A stretch of DNA of 49,312 nucleotides from Halomonas sp. (GCA_003552795.1 PUOM01000263.1:1-49312), one strand, 5' to 3'. Positions 30,377-43,654 are shown, counted from the first letter of the stretch. The notes: generated from the letters alone by a model not told the origin. Translations and numbers: made by a program.

Positions 30377-32287
30377 ATGAAGCTGTTCGACGAGATTCCC
30401 GCCGAGCGTCCGGCCACGCCGCTGCTCGACACCCTGGACACCCCGGCCGCGCTGCGCGCCATGTCCACCGCTCAGCTGGTGCAGGTAGCCGACGAGCTGC
30501 GCGCCTACCTGCTCTACAGCGTGGGGGTCTCCGGAGGGCACTTCGGCGCCGGCCTCGGCGTCGTGGAGCTTACCGTGGCGCTGCATCAGGCGCTGGAGAC
30601 GCCCTACGACCGCCTGGTATGGGACGTGGGGCACCAGGCCTATCCCCACAAGATTCTCACCGGGCGTCGCGAGGGGATGCCGAGTATCCGCCACTACGGC
30701 GGCCTGGCTGCCTTCCCGCGCCGCGCCGAGTCGGAGTACGACACTTTCGGCGTGGGCCACTCGAGCACCTCCATCTCCGCCGCCCTGGGCATGGCCCTGG
30801 CCGCGCGTGCCCGGGGCGAGAAGCGGCGCAGCTGCGCGGTGATCGGCGACGGCGCCCTCACCGCGGGCATGGCCTTCGAGGCCCTGGCCCATGCCGGCCA
30901 CGTGGATGCCAACCTGCTGGTGGTGCTCAACGACAACGAGATGTCGATCTCGGAGAACGTCGGCGGCATCGCCAGCTACCTGGCCCGGATCCTGGTCAGC
31001 AAGCCCTACACCACCATGCGCGAGGGCGGCAAGAAGGTGCTCTCCCACCTGCCCGGGGCGCTGGAGCTGGCGCGGCGCACCGAGGAGCACATGAAGGGCA
31101 TGATCAGCCCCGCTACCCTCTTCGAGGAGATGGGCTTCAACTATATCGGCCCCATCGACGGCCATGACCTGCCGCTGCTGGTGCAGACGCTGGGCAACAT
31201 GCGCGATCTCGACGGCCCGCAGTTCCTGCACGTGAGGACCCGCAAGGGGCGCGGTTTCCTGCCCGCCGAGGCCGACCCCATCGGCTACCACGCCATCACC
31301 AAGCTGGAGAAGGGCGACGAGGCCCCACCGCTCGTCCCGCCCGTGCCCAAGAAAAAGGTGCCGAAGTACTGCAACGTCTTCGGCGACTGGCTTTGCGACA
31401 TGGCGGCCGCCGATGCGCGGCTGCTCGGCATCACCCCGGCGATGCGAGAGGGCTCCGACCTGATCCGCTTCTCCCGGGAGTATCCCGAGCGCTACTTCGA
31501 CGTGGCCATCGCCGAGCAGCACGCGGTGACCCTGGCCGCCGGCATGGCCTGCGAGGGCATGAAGCCGGTGGTGGCGATCTACTCCACCTTCCTGCAGCGC
31601 GGCTATGATCAGCTGATTCACGATGTGGCGGTACAGGACCTCGATGTGACCTTCGCCATCGACCGCGCCGGCCTGGTGGGGGAGGACGGCCCCACCCACC
31701 ACGGCAGCCTGGACCTCGCCTATCTGCGCTGCGTGCCGGGCCTGGTGGTGCTGGCCCCCGCCGACGAGGCGGAGTGCCGCGCCATGCTCAGCGCCGCCTA
31801 CCACTATCCCGGCCCTGCCGCGGTGCGCTACCCCCGCGGCAGCGGCCCGGGTGTCACGATCCCCACCCACCTCGAGCCGATGCCGATCGGCCAGGCCGAG
31901 ACCCGCCGCGAGTGCGGCGCCGAGGCGGGGCGGCGGGTGGTCCTGCTGGCCTTCGGCAGCCTCAATACGCCGGCCGCCGAGGTGGCCGAGAACCTCGATG
32001 CCGGTCACGTCAATATGCGTTCGGTGAAGCCGCTGGATCGGGAGGCCATCCTCGCGGCGGCCGCCGGCCACGATCTGCTGGTGACCCTGGAGGAGAACGT
32101 GGTGGCCGGCGGTGCCGGCAGCGCGGTCAATGAGCTGCTGGCCGCCGAGGGCGTGCAGGTGGCGATGCTCAACCTGGGGCTGCCCGACGCCTTCGTCGAG
32201 CATGGCAAACCCGCCGAGCTGCTCGCCGAGAGCGGCCTGGACGCCGCGGGGATCGAGGCGGCGATCCGAACTCGGCTGGACGCCTAG
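30377..32287 (+). CDS. dxs: DXP synthase (mirror copy)
   Basis: Reverse complement of 17026-18936. Confidence 0.96.
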   Translation: MKLFDEIPAERPATPLLDTLDTPAALRAMSTAQLVQVADELRAYLLYSVGVSGGHFGAGLGVVELTVALHQALETPYDRLVWDVGHQAYPHKILTGRREGMPSIRHYGGLAAFPRRAESEYDTFGVGHSSTSISAALGMALAARARGEKRRSCAVIGDGALTAGMAFEALAHAGHVDANLLVVLNDNEMSISENVGGIASYLARILVSKPYTTMREGGKKVLSHLPGALELARRTEEHMKGMISPATLFEEMGFNYIGPIDGHDLPLLVQTLGNMRDLDGPQFLHVRTRKGRGFLPAEADPIGYHAITKLEKGDEAPPLVPPVPKKKVPKYCNVFGDWLCDMAAADARLLGITPAMREGSDLIRFSREYPERYFDVAIAEQHAVTLAAGMACEGMKPVVAIYSTFLQRGYDQLIHDVAVQDLDVTFAIDRAGLVGEDGPTHHGSLDLAYLRCVPGLVVLAPADEAECRAMLSAAYHYPGPAAVRYPRGSGPGVTIPTHLEPMPIGQAETRRECGAEAGRRVVLLAFGSLNTPAAEVAENLDAGHVNMRSVKPLDREAILAAAAGHDLLVTLEENVVAGGAGSAVNELLAAEGVQVAMLNLGLPDAFVEHGKPAELLAESGLDAAGIEAAIRTRLDA

Positions 32288-32357
32288 GAGCCTGCTGCCA
32301 ACCAGAAGGGGCCTTCCATCGGGAAGGCCCCTTTCACTTTCGGCGGTCGCCGAAGGC

Positions 32358-32993
32358 TCACTCCTTGCGCTCGATATCCACGTCGCTGGCCTGGGTGAAG
32401 TCCCCCAGCGCCATCATGTGGCCGAGCTTGCCGGCCTTGGTGGAGAGATACTGCTCGTTGTGGGGGTTGAGACCGGTGGTCAGGGAGACGCGTTCGACGA
32501 CATTGATGCCGGCGTCGGTCAGGGCATCGACCTTGCGGGGGTTGTTGGTCATCAGGCGCAGGGCGGCGATGCCCAGGTGCGCAAGCATCGGTACGCAGAG
32601 ATCGTAGCGGCGCAGGTCGGCGCCGAAGCCCAGCTGCTCGTTGGCCTCCACGGTGTCGGCCCCCTGATCCTGGAGGTGGTAGGCGCGGATCTTGTTGAGC
32701 AGGCCGATGCCGCGGCCCTCCTGGCGCAGGTAGAAGAGCACGCCGCGGCCCTCGTCGGCGATGCGCTTGAGCGCCTCCTGCAGCTGATAGCCACAGTCGC
32801 AGCGCATGGAGAAGAGCGCGTCGCCGGTCAGGCACTCGGAGTGGACCCGTCCCAGCACCGGCTCACCGTCGGCCACGTTGCCCAGCGTCAGGGCGATATG
32901 GTCCTTGCCGGTGGCCTCGTCCTCGAAGCCATGCATGGTGAAGGTGGCCCAGGGGGTGGGCAGCCGGGAGGCGGCGATGAAGCGAATCGTCAC
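32358..32993 (-). CDS. ribA: GTP cyclohydrolase II (mirror copy)
   Basis: Reverse complement of 16320-16955. Confidence 0.96.
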   Translation of the reverse strand: MTIRFIAASRLPTPWATFTMHGFEDEATGKDHIALTLGNVADGEPVLGRVHSECLTGDALFSMRCDCGYQLQEALKRIADEGRGVLFYLRQEGRGIGLLNKIRAYHLQDQGADTVEANEQLGFGADLRRYDLCVPMLAHLGIAALRLMTNNPRKVDALTDAGINVVERVSLTTGLNPHNEQYLSTKAGKLGHMMALGDFTQASDVDIERKE

Positions 32994-33151
32994 GGAGTAC
33001 CTCGGTGTCAGGCCCTTCTTGGTACACGGCAGGGCGGTGCCGGCGAGTGGAGGGCCATTCTAGCAGGAAGCCGAGCGCGGCTCACGACCGCAGCCTCGCG
33101 GTCGTCAATCGGGTACAATACGGCCCACACTTCCCGTGGATGACCGCCTGC

Positions 33152-34228
33152 ATGGAACTCAAGAACGATCGCTTTCTGCGCGCCCTGGCGCGTCAGCCTG
33201 TGGACCGCACCCCGGTGTGGATGATGCGCCAGGCAGGCCGCTACCTGCCGGAGTACCGCGCCAGCCGAGCCGAGGCCGGCGATTTCATGAGCCTGTGTCG
33301 CAATCAGGAGCTGGCCTGTGAGGTGACCCTCCAGCCCCTGGAGCGCTATCCGCTGGACGCGGCGATCCTCTTTTCGGATATTCTCACCATCCCCGATGCC
33401 ATGGGCCTGGGGCTCTATTTCGAGACCGGCGAGGGACCGAAATTCCGCAAGCCGGTGCGTACCGCGGCCGAGGTCGAAGCGCTCAAGGCGCCGGATGCCG
33501 AGCGCGATCTGGACTACGTGATGCGCGCGGTCTCCACCATTCGCCGCGAGCTCAACGGCCGGGTGCCGCTGATCGGCTTCTCCGGCAGCCCCTGGACGCT
33601 GGCCACCTACATGGTGGAGGGCAGCTCCAGCAAGGACTTCCGCCACGTCAAGACGATGCTCTATGACACGCCCAGCGTGATGCATGACCTGCTCGACACC
33701 CTGGCCACGGCGGTCACCGACTACCTCAACGCCCAGATCCGCGCCGGCGCCCAGGCGGTGCAGATTTTCGACACCTGGGGCGGCGCGCTTTCCACGCCGG
33801 CCTACCGCGAGTTCTCGCTGCGCTACATGGAGCAGATCGTCGCCGGCCTGATTCGCGAGCACGACGGCCGTCGCGTGCCGGTGATCCTGTTCACCAAGAA
33901 CGGGGGGCAGTGGCTCGAAGACATCGCCCTGGCGGGCGCCGACGCCGTGGGCCTGGACTGGTCCACCGAGCTCTCCAGCGCCCGTGCCCGGATCGGCCAC
34001 AAGGTGGCGCTGCAGGGCAATCTGGATCCCAACGTGCTGTTCGCCCGCCCCGCGGCGATCCGTGCCGAGGTGGCCCGCATCCTCGAGAGCTATGGCGAAG
34101 GCCCCGGCCATGTGTTCAACCTGGGCCACGGCATCAGCCAGTTCACCAACCCGGACAGCGTCACGGCCTTCATGGAGGCGCTGCACGAGCTGAGCCCGGC
34201 CTATCACCGCCGGATCCAGCATGGCTGA
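33152..34228 (+). CDS. hemE: Uroporphyrinogen decarboxylase (mirror copy)
   Basis: Reverse complement of 15085-16161. Confidence 0.96.
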   Translation: MELKNDRFLRALARQPVDRTPVWMMRQAGRYLPEYRASRAEAGDFMSLCRNQELACEVTLQPLERYPLDAAILFSDILTIPDAMGLGLYFETGEGPKFRKPVRTAAEVEALKAPDAERDLDYVMRAVSTIRRELNGRVPLIGFSGSPWTLATYMVEGSSSKDFRHVKTMLYDTPSVMHDLLDTLATAVTDYLNAQIRAGAQAVQIFDTWGGALSTPAYREFSLRYMEQIVAGLIREHDGRRVPVILFTKNGGQWLEDIALAGADAVGLDWSTELSSARARIGHKVALQGNLDPNVLFARPAAIRAEVARILESYGEGPGHVFNLGHGISQFTNPDSVTAFMEALHELSPAYHRRIQHG

Positions 34229-34604
34229 GTCGCCCCGGCTCGACTGGCTCCGACGCCTGCACGACCAGCGCCGCCTGTGGGCGGCGCTGGCCGTTGTGGG
34301 GGCCCTGGCCATCGCCGTCGGCAGCCTGACCCCGGGCAGCCAGATGCCCTCGAACCTGCCCTGGGACAAGCTCAACCACTTCGTCGGCTACGCCGGCCTT
34401 GCGGGGCTGGTCGGCCTGGCCGGGGTGCGCCTGCCACGTGCCTTTCTGATCGCCGTGCTCTACGGCATCGCCGTCGAATACGCCCAGATTCCGGTGCCGG
34501 GCCGCAGCGGCGGCGACTGGGCCGACATCCTCGCCAATACCCTGGGGGCCGCCTTTGCCGTGGTGCTGCTGGCCGGCCTGCGCAGAGGGCTGGCCCAGCG
34601 CTGA
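34221..34604 (+). CDS. VanZ-family protein (mirror copy)
   Basis: Reverse complement of 14709-15092. Confidence 0.83.
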   Translation: MAESPRLDWLRRLHDQRRLWAALAVVGALAIAVGSLTPGSQMPSNLPWDKLNHFVGYAGLAGLVGLAGVRLPRAFLIAVLYGIAVEYAQIPVPGRSGGDWADILANTLGAAFAVVLLAGLRRGLAQR

Positions 34605-34635
34605 AGGCGCTTGCCCTGCGCTGGCGCCTTTCGCC

Positions 34636-35124
34636 TCAGAAGCGGGGCTCCCGGTCAGGGGCGCTACCCGCCTGTGGCTCGGCCAGGTCCAGCGAGGGCT
34701 CGCGGGCGGCCTGCCGGGAGCGCAGCGGTTCGGCCGGTCGGCGGACACGGGGGCTGCCCACCTCGCTGTCGTCGGGGTCCAGCGCCCGGGCGTCGCTGGT
34801 CCAGGCGGCACTGGGGTCATGGACCGCCGGGCGGCGCTCGTAGGAGCGGGTGATCACCGGGCCGGCCCCCATGCTGCCGGCCAGGTGATGAGGCAGCAGC
34901 CACAGCTCGGCGAGCAGGCGCAGGGCCACCGCGGCCAGCAGCCACAGACCCAAGCCCAGTGCCAGGGGCGGCCAGGCCTCGGGCCACGTCAGCGGGGCGA
35001 GCCAGGGGGTCCGGGGTGCCAGCCAGAGGGCAGCGCCGGCCGCCAGGCCTAGCTGCAGCAGCAGGTGGCAGGCGATCAGGGTGCCGCGTGACAGCGGGCG
35101 GCGGGGAAACAGGAACTGTCGCAT
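34636..35124 (-). CDS. Hypothetical membrane protein (mirror copy)
   Basis: Reverse complement of 14189-14677. Confidence 0.63.
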   Translation of the reverse strand: MRQFLFPRRPLSRGTLIACHLLLQLGLAAGAALWLAPRTPWLAPLTWPEAWPPLALGLGLWLLAAVALRLLAELWLLPHHLAGSMGAGPVITRSYERRPAVHDPSAAWTSDARALDPDDSEVGSPRVRRPAEPLRSRQAAREPSLDLAEPQAGSAPDREPRF

Positions 35125-35340
35125 CGGGCTCCTCCCGGTGGCTTGTCGTCAGCGTTGCAGCGCACCGACATCCCTGCCGGCCAGGCTCGGATGCTACCCC
35201 AGATTCGGTTGGCATGCAGTTGTCGGTGTCGCCGCTGCGCCACGGGTTGACCAACCCTGAGCGGCTTGCCACTGTTGAGTGAGCAGTGCTGCCGGGGGTA
35301 ACGCCCTCGGTATCCGATGAACCTGCATCAAGGAGTGGCT

Positions 35341-35769
35341 ATGACGACGTATATCGTGGTGGCAGACGCAGCCCGGGCGCGGATCTTCACCCGCGACGCG
35401 CTCAAGCTGGTCGAGCAGGACAGCCTGGTGCATGCGGCCAGCCGGCTGCATGAGGGCGACCTGGTGACAGACCGCGGTGCCGACGTGCACGAATCGACGT
35501 CGACGACGTCGCGCTCCTCCGGCGGTGAAAGCACCGCCCGTACCCATGAGGAGATGATCTTTGCCAAGGAGGTGGCCGAGCGCATCTATCGAGCCCGGGT
35601 CGACAACACCATGAAGAAGCTGATTCTGGTGGCGCCGCCGCGCTTCCTGGGCCAGCTGCGCGACAAGCTCGACGGCCCCACGAGCAAGCTGGTCATCCAC
35701 TCCCTCTCCAAGGACCTCTCCAAGGCCAGCCTCGAGGATATTCAGGAGGCGGTCAGCGACATGCGCTGA
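35341..35769 (+). CDS. Host-attachment family protein (mirror copy)
   Basis: Reverse complement of 13544-13972. Confidence 0.83.
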   Translation: MTTYIVVADAARARIFTRDALKLVEQDSLVHAASRLHEGDLVTDRGADVHESTSTTSRSSGGESTARTHEEMIFAKEVAERIYRARVDNTMKKLILVAPPRFLGQLRDKLDGPTSKLVIHSLSKDLSKASLEDIQEAVSDMR

Positions 35770-35836
35770 CGCCGTGCACGGCACTTGCGGCGCGGAGAGG
35801 GCCCGGCAGAGATGCCGGGCCCTCTCGCGTGCGCGG

Positions 35837-36763
35837 CTAGGGCACCGGAGGCAGGGCGATCTGATCGCTGCGGGTGATCCCCTCGGTCATCTGCCGGCAG
35901 AGCTTGAGGAACTCGCGCATGCCGGTGGCCAGGTACTTGTGCCGATGCCAGATGAAGGCGAACTGGCGGCTCAGGTCCAGCTCCGGGGTGGGGATGGACA
36001 CCAGGCTGCCCCGGCGGAAGGCGTCGCGAAGGGCCAGCTTCGACACGCAGCCGATCCCCAGCCCCGACTCCACCGCGCGCTTGATGCCTTCGGTATGCTC
36101 CAGCTCCAGCAGAATGTTGAAGCGCCCACGGCGGTGGCGAGCGGCCTGCTCCAGGGTGAGGCGGGTGCCCGAGCCCTCCTCGCGCATGATCCAGGCCTCG
36201 CGCAGCAGCCTCTCCAGCGCCACCGGGCCGGCTCCCGCCAGCGGATGGTTCGGTGAGCAGAACACCGCCAGATCGTCCTCCACCCAGGGCTGGGTGACGA
36301 TATCCTCCGCCTCGCAGTGACCCTCGATCAGGCCCAGGTCCAGCTCGTGGTGGCGCACTCCCTCGATGATGGCCCGGGTATTGCGCACCGCCAGACGCAC
36401 CCGGCTGCCGGGGAAGCGCTGCATGAAATCGCCGATCAGCAGGGTGGCCAGGTAGTTGCCGATGGTCAGGGTGGCGCCCACGTCCAGGGTGCCGATGCCC
36501 TGGCGGCCACGCAGCAGCTCCTCGACCTCCTCGGCCCGGTCGAGCAGGGCCACCGCCTTGGGCAGCAGCTGGAATCCCAGGGCGTTGAGCTTCAGGCGCT
36601 TGCCGATGCGATCCAGCAGCTGGCAGTCGAACTGGCGCTCCAGCTCGCCCAGGGCGGTGCTGGCCGCAGACTGGGAGAGTGACAGGGCCCGGGCGGCCCG
36701 AGAGACGCTCTCGTGCTGGGCCACGGCGACGAAGACTTCCAGCTGGCGCAGGGTGAATCGCAT
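35837..36763 (-). CDS. finR: LysR/FinR-like regulator (mirror copy)
   Basis: Reverse complement of 12550-13476. Confidence 0.8.
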   Translation of the reverse strand: MRFTLRQLEVFVAVAQHESVSRAARALSLSQSAASTALGELERQFDCQLLDRIGKRLKLNALGFQLLPKAVALLDRAEEVEELLRGRQGIGTLDVGATLTIGNYLATLLIGDFMQRFPGSRVRLAVRNTRAIIEGVRHHELDLGLIEGHCEAEDIVTQPWVEDDLAVFCSPNHPLAGAGPVALERLLREAWIMREEGSGTRLTLEQAARHRRGRFNILLELEHTEGIKRAVESGLGIGCVSKLALRDAFRRGSLVSIPTPELDLSRQFAFIWHRHKYLATGMREFLKLCRQMTEGITRSDQIALPPVP

Positions 36764-36924
36764 GGCGCAGGGCTCCGGTGATCTATATCAAAGTCATGAA
36801 TAAGGGTTATCCATACAATCCATTTAACAGATAACGCGACATCTCTTAGAATTCAATGTAAATATTATCCTGTCATTCATTCCTTTTGAGAATATAACCC
36901 CTTGCGGGACCACAAGGAGCCGGC

Positions 36925-37701
36925 ATGAGCAAGTTTGCCCTGGAAGAGGTGCTCAGCGTCCATCACTGGAACGACACCCTGTTCAGCTTTCGCACCACTC
37001 GCGAGCGCAGTCTGCGCTTCAAGAACGGTCAGTTCGTGATGATCGGCCTCGAGGTGGGCGGCAAGCCGCTGATGCGTGCCTACTCCATCGCCAGCCCCAA
37101 CTACGAGGACCATCTCGAGTTCTTCAGCATCAAGGTGCCGGACGGACCGCTCACCTCGCGGCTGCAGCACCTCAAGGTAGGCGATCAGATCATGGTAAGC
37201 CGCAAGCCGACCGGCACCCTGGTCACCGATGACCTGCTGCCTGGCCGCCATCTCTATTTTCTCTCCACGGGCACCGGGCTGGCCCCCTTCATGAGCCTGA
37301 TCCAGGACCCGGAAGTCTACGAGCGCTTCGAGAAGGTGGTGCTGGTGCACGGCGTGCGCAACGTCAGCGAGCTGGCCTATGCCGACTTCATCCGGAAGGA
37401 GCTGCCGGCCCACGAGTACCTGGGCGAGGAGATCGCCGAGAAACTGCTCTACTACCCCACGGTGACCCGGGAGGCGTTCCACACCACGGGGCGCCTGACC
37501 GACCATATCCGCAGCGGCAAGCTGTTCGAGGACCTCGGTCTGCCGCCCATGGATCCCAGGCAGGATCGCGCCATGATCTGCGGCAGCCCCGCGATGCTCG
37601 ACGAGAGCAGCGCGCTGCTCGACGAACTGGGCTTCAAGATCTCGCCGCGCATGGGCGAGCCAGGGGACTATGTGATCGAGCGGGCGTTCGTGGAGAAGTG
37701 A
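36925..37701 (+). CDS. fpr: Ferredoxin--NADP+ reductase (mirror copy)
   Basis: Reverse complement of 11612-12388. Confidence 0.95.
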   Translation: MSKFALEEVLSVHHWNDTLFSFRTTRERSLRFKNGQFVMIGLEVGGKPLMRAYSIASPNYEDHLEFFSIKVPDGPLTSRLQHLKVGDQIMVSRKPTGTLVTDDLLPGRHLYFLSTGTGLAPFMSLIQDPEVYERFEKVVLVHGVRNVSELAYADFIRKELPAHEYLGEEIAEKLLYYPTVTREAFHTTGRLTDHIRSGKLFEDLGLPPMDPRQDRAMICGSPAMLDESSALLDELGFKISPRMGEPGDYVIERAFVEK

Positions 37702-37839
37702 CCCGCCCCGGCTGCGCCGGGAGTTTGAAGAGCGGCGCTTCGCGCCTGGAAGCCTGAAGCTGGAAGAAAATCCGCCTCCGTGGTCTGGCCACGGAGGCGG
37801 TGTCATTCAGGCTGTCTTCCAGCTTCCAGCTTCCAACTG

Positions 37840-38325
<486 letters not shown>

Positions 38326-39576
38326 TCACTTCTTGGCGACGCTGAACTCGGGGTAGGCCTCCATGCCGCACTCGGCCAGGTCGACGCCCTCGTACTCTTC
38401 TTCCTCGCTGACGCGGATGCCCATCACCGCCTTGAGGATCACCCAGACGAGCAGGCTGGCGCCGAAGACCCAGGCGAAGATGGCGACCATGCCCAGCAGC
38501 TGGGCGCCGAAGGTGGCGTCGCCGTTGGTCAGCGGCACGGCCAGCAGGCCCCAGATGCCGACCACGCCGTGCACCGAGATGGCGCCGACGGGATCGTCGA
38601 GCTTCAGCTTGTCCAGGCCCACGATGGCGGCGACCACGATGACGCCGCCCACGGCACCGATCAGGGCGGCACTCAGGGCCGACGGGGCCAGCGGCTCGGC
38701 GGTGATGGCCACCAGGCCGGCCAGGGCGCCGTTGAGGGTCATGGTCAGGTCGGCCTTGCGGAACCAGACCTTGGCCAGGATCAGCGCGGCGATCACGCCG
38801 CCGGCAGCCGCGGCGTTGGTGTTGACCAGCACCTGGGCCACGTTGTTGGCGGAGTCCACATCGGAGACCTTGAGCTCGGAGCCGCCGTTGAAGCCGAACC
38901 AGCCCATCCACAGGATGAAGGTGCCCAGGGTGGCCAGCGGCAGATTGGCGCCGGGGATGGCGTAGATGCTGCCGTCCTTGCCGTACTTGCCCTTGCGGGG
39001 GCCGAGGATCAGCACGCCGGCCAGGGCCGCGGCGGCGCCTGCCATGTGCACGATGCCGGAACCGGCGAAGTCGGAGAAGCCGGCCTCATCGAGCCAGCCG
39101 CCACCCCAGGTCCAGAAGCCGGAGACCGGATAGATCACGGCGGTCATCACCACGGCGAAGGCCAGGAAGGCCCACAGTTTCATGCGCTCTGCCACGGCAC
39201 CGGAGACGATGGACATGGCGGTCGCCACGAACACCACCTGGAAGAAATAGTCGGCGCGCATGGAGTAGTAGGGGGCATCGTCACCGCCGGCCAGCACCGC
39301 GTCGGCGCTGTTCTCGCCGCCCAGCAGGAAGCCCAGGTTGGGCAGGATGCCGCCTTCCGGGCTGGAATACATGATGTAGTAGCCCACCAGCAGGTACATG
39401 GTGCAGGCGATGGCGAACAGGGCGATATTCTTGGTGAGGATCTCGGCGGTGTTCTTGGAGCGGACCAGGCCGGCTTCGAGCATCGAGAAGCCGGCGGCCA
39501 TCCACATCACCAGCACGCCGCAGATCAGGAAGTAGAAGGTATCGAGCGCATAGCTCAGCTCGGACAGTTCACTCAT
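38326..39576 (-). CDS. amtB: Ammonium transporter (mirror copy)
   Basis: Reverse complement of 9737-10987. Confidence 0.95.
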   Translation of the reverse strand: MSELSELSYALDTFYFLICGVLVMWMAAGFSMLEAGLVRSKNTAEILTKNIALFAIACTMYLLVGYYIMYSSPEGGILPNLGFLLGGENSADAVLAGGDDAPYYSMRADYFFQVVFVATAMSIVSGAVAERMKLWAFLAFAVVMTAVIYPVSGFWTWGGGWLDEAGFSDFAGSGIVHMAGAAAALAGVLILGPRKGKYGKDGSIYAIPGANLPLATLGTFILWMGWFGFNGGSELKVSDVDSANNVAQVLVNTNAAAAGGVIAALILAKVWFRKADLTMTLNGALAGLVAITAEPLAPSALSAALIGAVGGVIVVAAIVGLDKLKLDDPVGAISVHGVVGIWGLLAVPLTNGDATFGAQLLGMVAIFAWVFGASLLVWVILKAVMGIRVSEEEEYEGVDLAECGMEAYPEFSVAKK

Positions 39577-39603
39577 GGCTGTTTCTCCAGGGGCATGGGA
39601 TGA

Positions 39604-40020
<417 letters not shown>

Positions 40021-40221
40021 TTAAATTAGAGATAAAACAAGCAATTAATCTGATGTCACGGTCGCTTGTCCGTGGGCGATCGGAGAGACAGGCGGGCGGT
40101 TGCACCGTGCTGGTGCCGGGTGCGGGTGCAGGCGCGCCATCCTGGCGCGGCGTCAGGGCATGCGTTCCTGGCGGGCCATGGGTATCCTGTCATCGGCATT
40201 CCACACGTTGAGGAGAGACCC

Positions 40222-40563
40222 ATGGTGAGCCATGACCGTATCGGCCAATTGGCCCAGCAGATCGGCGAGCGCCTTCAGGGCGCCTCCCAGGCGCCCGAGG
40301 AGGTGCAGAAGGGCATTCAGCAGGTGGTGAAGGGCGCCTTCGACCGCCTGGAGCTGGTGTCACGGGAGGACTTCGACATCCTGATGGATGTCCTGCAGCG
40401 GACCCGGGCCCGAGTGGAGGCGCTGGAGCAGCAGGTGGCGGCGCTGGAGACGCTGCTGGAGGAGCGCACCGGCGAAGCGCCGACGGACGCTCCGGCAGCG
40501 GACGCCGGCAGTGAGACGCCTCCGCCCGAGGAGGACGCCGGCGGCGGCGAAGCCGGCCGCTGA
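40222..40563 (+). CDS. ubiK: UbiK-family protein (mirror copy)
   Basis: Reverse complement of 8750-9091. Confidence 0.83.
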   Translation: MVSHDRIGQLAQQIGERLQGASQAPEEVQKGIQQVVKGAFDRLELVSREDFDILMDVLQRTRARVEALEQQVAALETLLEERTGEAPTDAPAADAGSETPPPEEDAGGGEAGR

Positions 40564-40629
40564 GCCTCCCGGGCAGGGCGGCGCCCCCTGGGCTAGCCTG
40601 AGGGCAAGACTCCAGGCGAGGGAGCGCCC

Positions 40630-42132
40630 ATGACGCTGGCGATCGTCCATACCCGCGCAGGCCTCGGCCTCGAGGCCCCCGAGGTGCAGGTGGAAGTCCA
40701 CCTGGCCAACGGCCTGCCGGGGATGACCCTGGTGGGCCTGCCCGAGGCGGCGGTGAAGGAGAGCCGTGAGCGGGTGCGCAGCGCCCTGACCCACGCCGGC
40801 TTCGACTACCCTCTGCGTCGTATCACCCTCAATCTGGCACCCGCCGACCTGCCCAAGGAGGGCGGACGCTTCGATCTGCCCATCGCCCTGGGCCTGCTGC
40901 TGGCCTCGGGGCAGCTGCCCCCGAGGGCTCTCGAGGAGACCGAGAGCGTCGGCGAGCTGGCCCTGGACGGCGGCTTGCGCCCGATCAGCGGCGTGCTGCC
41001 CCTGGCCCTGGCCACTCGCCGTGCCGGTCGACGGCTGATCGTGCCCCGCGCCAATGCCGATGAGGCGGCACTCTCCGGTGATCTCGAGGTGCTGCCCGCC
41101 GACCATCTGCTCGAGGTGGTCGCTCACCTGCTGGGGCAGGCGCCGATCACGCCGCACCGGCTTTCGCGTCCGCCCGAGGCGGCCACGCCGCTGCCTGACC
41201 TGGCCGAGGTGCGCGGCCAGCACCAGGCGCGCCGCGCCCTGGAGGTGGCCGCGGCGGGATCCCACAACCTGCTTTTCGCCGGCCCGCCCGGCACCGGCAA
41301 GACCATGCTGGCCAGCCGCCTGCCCGGTATCCTGCCGTCGCTTACCGACGAAGAGGCCCTGGAGGTAGCGGCGGTGCGCTCTGTCAGCGGATTGCCGCTG
41401 GCCGCCGAGTGGGGGCAGCGGCCCTTCCGGGCGCCGCACCATACCGCCAGCGCGGTGGCCCTGGTGGGCGGTGGCTCGAAGCCCCGCCCGGGAGAGATCT
41501 CGCTGGCCCACCACGGGGTGCTGTTCCTGGACGAGCTGCCGGAGTTCTCGCGACAGGTGCTGGAGGTGATGCGCGAGCCCATGGAGTCGGGCCAGATCCA
41601 TATCGCCCGAGCCAGCCATCAGCGCCGCTTTCCGGCGCGTTTCCAGCTGGTGGCGGCCATGAATCCCTGTCCCTGCGGCCATCTGGGCGATCCCCGCCAG
41701 CCCTGCCACTGCACCGCGGCGCAGATTCAGCGCTACCAGGCGCGCCTCTCGGGACCCCTGCTCGACCGCATCGATCTGCAGGTGGAGGTTCCGGCATTGC
41801 CGCCGGAACAGCTCACCTCGGCAACGGCCGGGGAGTCCTCGGCGGTCGTGCGCCGGCGGGTGGTGGCGGCTCGTGAACGCCAGCTGGCGCGCGGGGCGCT
41901 CAATGCGCACCTGGCCGGACGGGAGCTGGAGGCGGCCTGCGGCCTGGCCGCCGCCGATCGTGCCTGGCTGGCAGGCGTGCTGGAGCGACTCAGGCTCTCG
42001 GCCCGGGCCTATCATCGGGTGCTGCGGGTGGCGCTGACCCTGGCCGACCTGACAGGGGAACCGACGCCCGCCCGGGAGCAGCTGATCGAGGCGATCGGCT
42101 ATCGGCAGCTGGATCGGCTGCTTAAGGGGTGA
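40630..42132 (+). CDS. comM: YifB/ComM ATPase (mirror copy)
   Basis: Reverse complement of 7181-8683. Confidence 0.92.
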   Translation: MTLAIVHTRAGLGLEAPEVQVEVHLANGLPGMTLVGLPEAAVKESRERVRSALTHAGFDYPLRRITLNLAPADLPKEGGRFDLPIALGLLLASGQLPPRALEETESVGELALDGGLRPISGVLPLALATRRAGRRLIVPRANADEAALSGDLEVLPADHLLEVVAHLLGQAPITPHRLSRPPEAATPLPDLAEVRGQHQARRALEVAAAGSHNLLFAGPPGTGKTMLASRLPGILPSLTDEEALEVAAVRSVSGLPLAAEWGQRPFRAPHHTASAVALVGGGSKPRPGEISLAHHGVLFLDELPEFSRQVLEVMREPMESGQIHIARASHQRRFPARFQLVAAMNPCPCGHLGDPRQPCHCTAAQIQRYQARLSGPLLDRIDLQVEVPALPPEQLTSATAGESSAVVRRRVVAARERQLARGALNAHLAGRELEAACGLAAADRAWLAGVLERLRLSARAYHRVLRVALTLADLTGEPTPAREQLIEAIGYRQLDRLLKG

Positions 42133-42185
42133 GTGGTGAGTGGTGAATGGTGAGGGGTGAGTGGTGAGGAGTGGAAGGAGGGGCG

Positions 42186-42671
42186 CTATAGCGCCGTGGC
42201 ATCCAGGGCGCCCTGCAGGCTCTCTTCCCACATCACCGACTCGCCGTCGGGGCGTCGCAGTATCAGGGTCAGGCGGTAGGGAAGCAGCTCCCGGTCCGAG
42301 AGCCGCAGGCGTGGCCCGTCGGCCATCAGGCGGCTCTCCAGTCGCCACTGGTTGTCACCTCCTCCTTCGCCCATGCTGTCGCTCCAGTCGAGCACCTGGG
42401 GACCGTCGCCTACCGCCAGCAGTGCCCGAGTCAGGCTTTCGCGGAAACGTTCCTGGCCGATACCGAGTTCGCCGTTGACCTCCGGGGTAACCAGCAGCAG
42501 CACCTGGTCGCCGGGCGGGCGTGGCAGGGCGGGGGCTTCGGTCACGCGGATGGCCGCGCGCTCGCCCAGGTTGAAGAGCGCCTGGCGCAGGGTCTCGGGG
42601 CGCTCCGGGGCGGCAGCGCAGCCGGCCAGCAGCGGGGCAAGCAGCAGCAGGAGCGGGCGGCTAGCGTTCAT
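42186..42671 (-). CDS. Hypothetical lipoprotein (mirror copy)
   Basis: Reverse complement of 6642-7127. Confidence 0.78.
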   Translation of the reverse strand: MNASRPLLLLLAPLLAGCAAAPERPETLRQALFNLGERAAIRVTEAPALPRPPGDQVLLLVTPEVNGELGIGQERFRESLTRALLAVGDGPQVLDWSDSMGEGGGDNQWRLESRLMADGPRLRLSDRELLPYRLTLILRRPDGESVMWEESLQGALDATAL

Positions 42672-43654
42672 GGGCGTTCGATCTCGAGGTGGGCGGCGGC
42701 GGGTGCCAGGTCGTCGATAAAGCGATCCAGGGCATCGAAGAGCGCCCGGCGGATCGGCTCGGCCTCGTTGACCAGGTGGTGGCGCGCTTCGGGATGGCGG
42801 TGAATCTCGGCATTGGGGAACTTGCGCGCCAGCACGGCGAGGTTCCACTCCCAGTCCACCGTCAGGTCCTGCTCGCCCTGGAGGATCAGTGTCTTCACCG
42901 GAGTAGGGGGCAGGGCGAGCAGTCTCGGCATCCAGCGGCGCATGGCACTGACCCAGCCGACCTCGACGCGATCCGCCTGCAGGGGGTCCCGCTCGCGCAG
43001 GAAGGCGGCGAACTCGGCGTCGGTGGAGTTGGCGCGGAACTTGCGCGGAATGGAGCGCACGAAGGGCCCGGCCAGCAGGTGCAGCCAGCTTCTCTGGCTC
43101 CAGCCCCAGGGGCGCACCAGGGGGGCCAGCAGCGCCAGGCCGGCCCAGTGGCCATCGTCGCCGCGGGTCAGGGCGTCGGTGGCGAGTATCGCCGCGCCGG
43201 TGCTCTGGCCGACGCCGAGCCAGGGGCGCGGGGCGAGCCCCTCCGCCTCGAGATGGGTCTGCAGGGCTTGCAGGCAGCCGCCGTAGTCGTCGAAATCGTC
43301 AATGGAGGCGCGCGGCCCGCTGGAGAGGCCGTGGCCGGGGAGGTCCCAGAGCACGACCCGCCAGCGCCGCTCCAGCAGGCGCTCCAGCAGGTGGCGGTAG
43401 AGCCCCAGGTGGTCGAAGTAGCCGTGCACCACGAAGGCGGTACCCACCGGTTCATCGGGGCTCCAGACCTGGGTCCAGAGCCGGAAGTCCCGGGCGTCCA
43501 CATAGCCCACGTAGAGCCCCACGTGCTTGGCCAGCAGCGGTGCCAGGCCGTAGTGGCCCAGATAGCGTGCCAGGTGGTCGCCGTCGCCGTCCGAACCGCT
43601 CGGCTCGATCAGCCGCATCGCGCCCAGCGCCTGCAGTGGAGTGAAGTCGCTCAT
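42668..43654 (-). CDS. Alpha/beta hydrolase (mirror copy)
   Basis: Reverse complement of 5659-6645. Confidence 0.88.
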   Translation of the reverse strand: MSDFTPLQALGAMRLIEPSGSDGDGDHLARYLGHYGLAPLLAKHVGLYVGYVDARDFRLWTQVWSPDEPVGTAFVVHGYFDHLGLYRHLLERLLERRWRVVLWDLPGHGLSSGPRASIDDFDDYGGCLQALQTHLEAEGLAPRPWLGVGQSTGAAILATDALTRGDDGHWAGLALLAPLVRPWGWSQRSWLHLLAGPFVRSIPRKFRANSTDAEFAAFLRERDPLQADRVEVGWVSAMRRWMPRLLALPPTPVKTLILQGEQDLTVDWEWNLAVLARKFPNAEIHRHPEARHHLVNEAEPIRRALFDALDRFIDDLAPAAAHLEIERP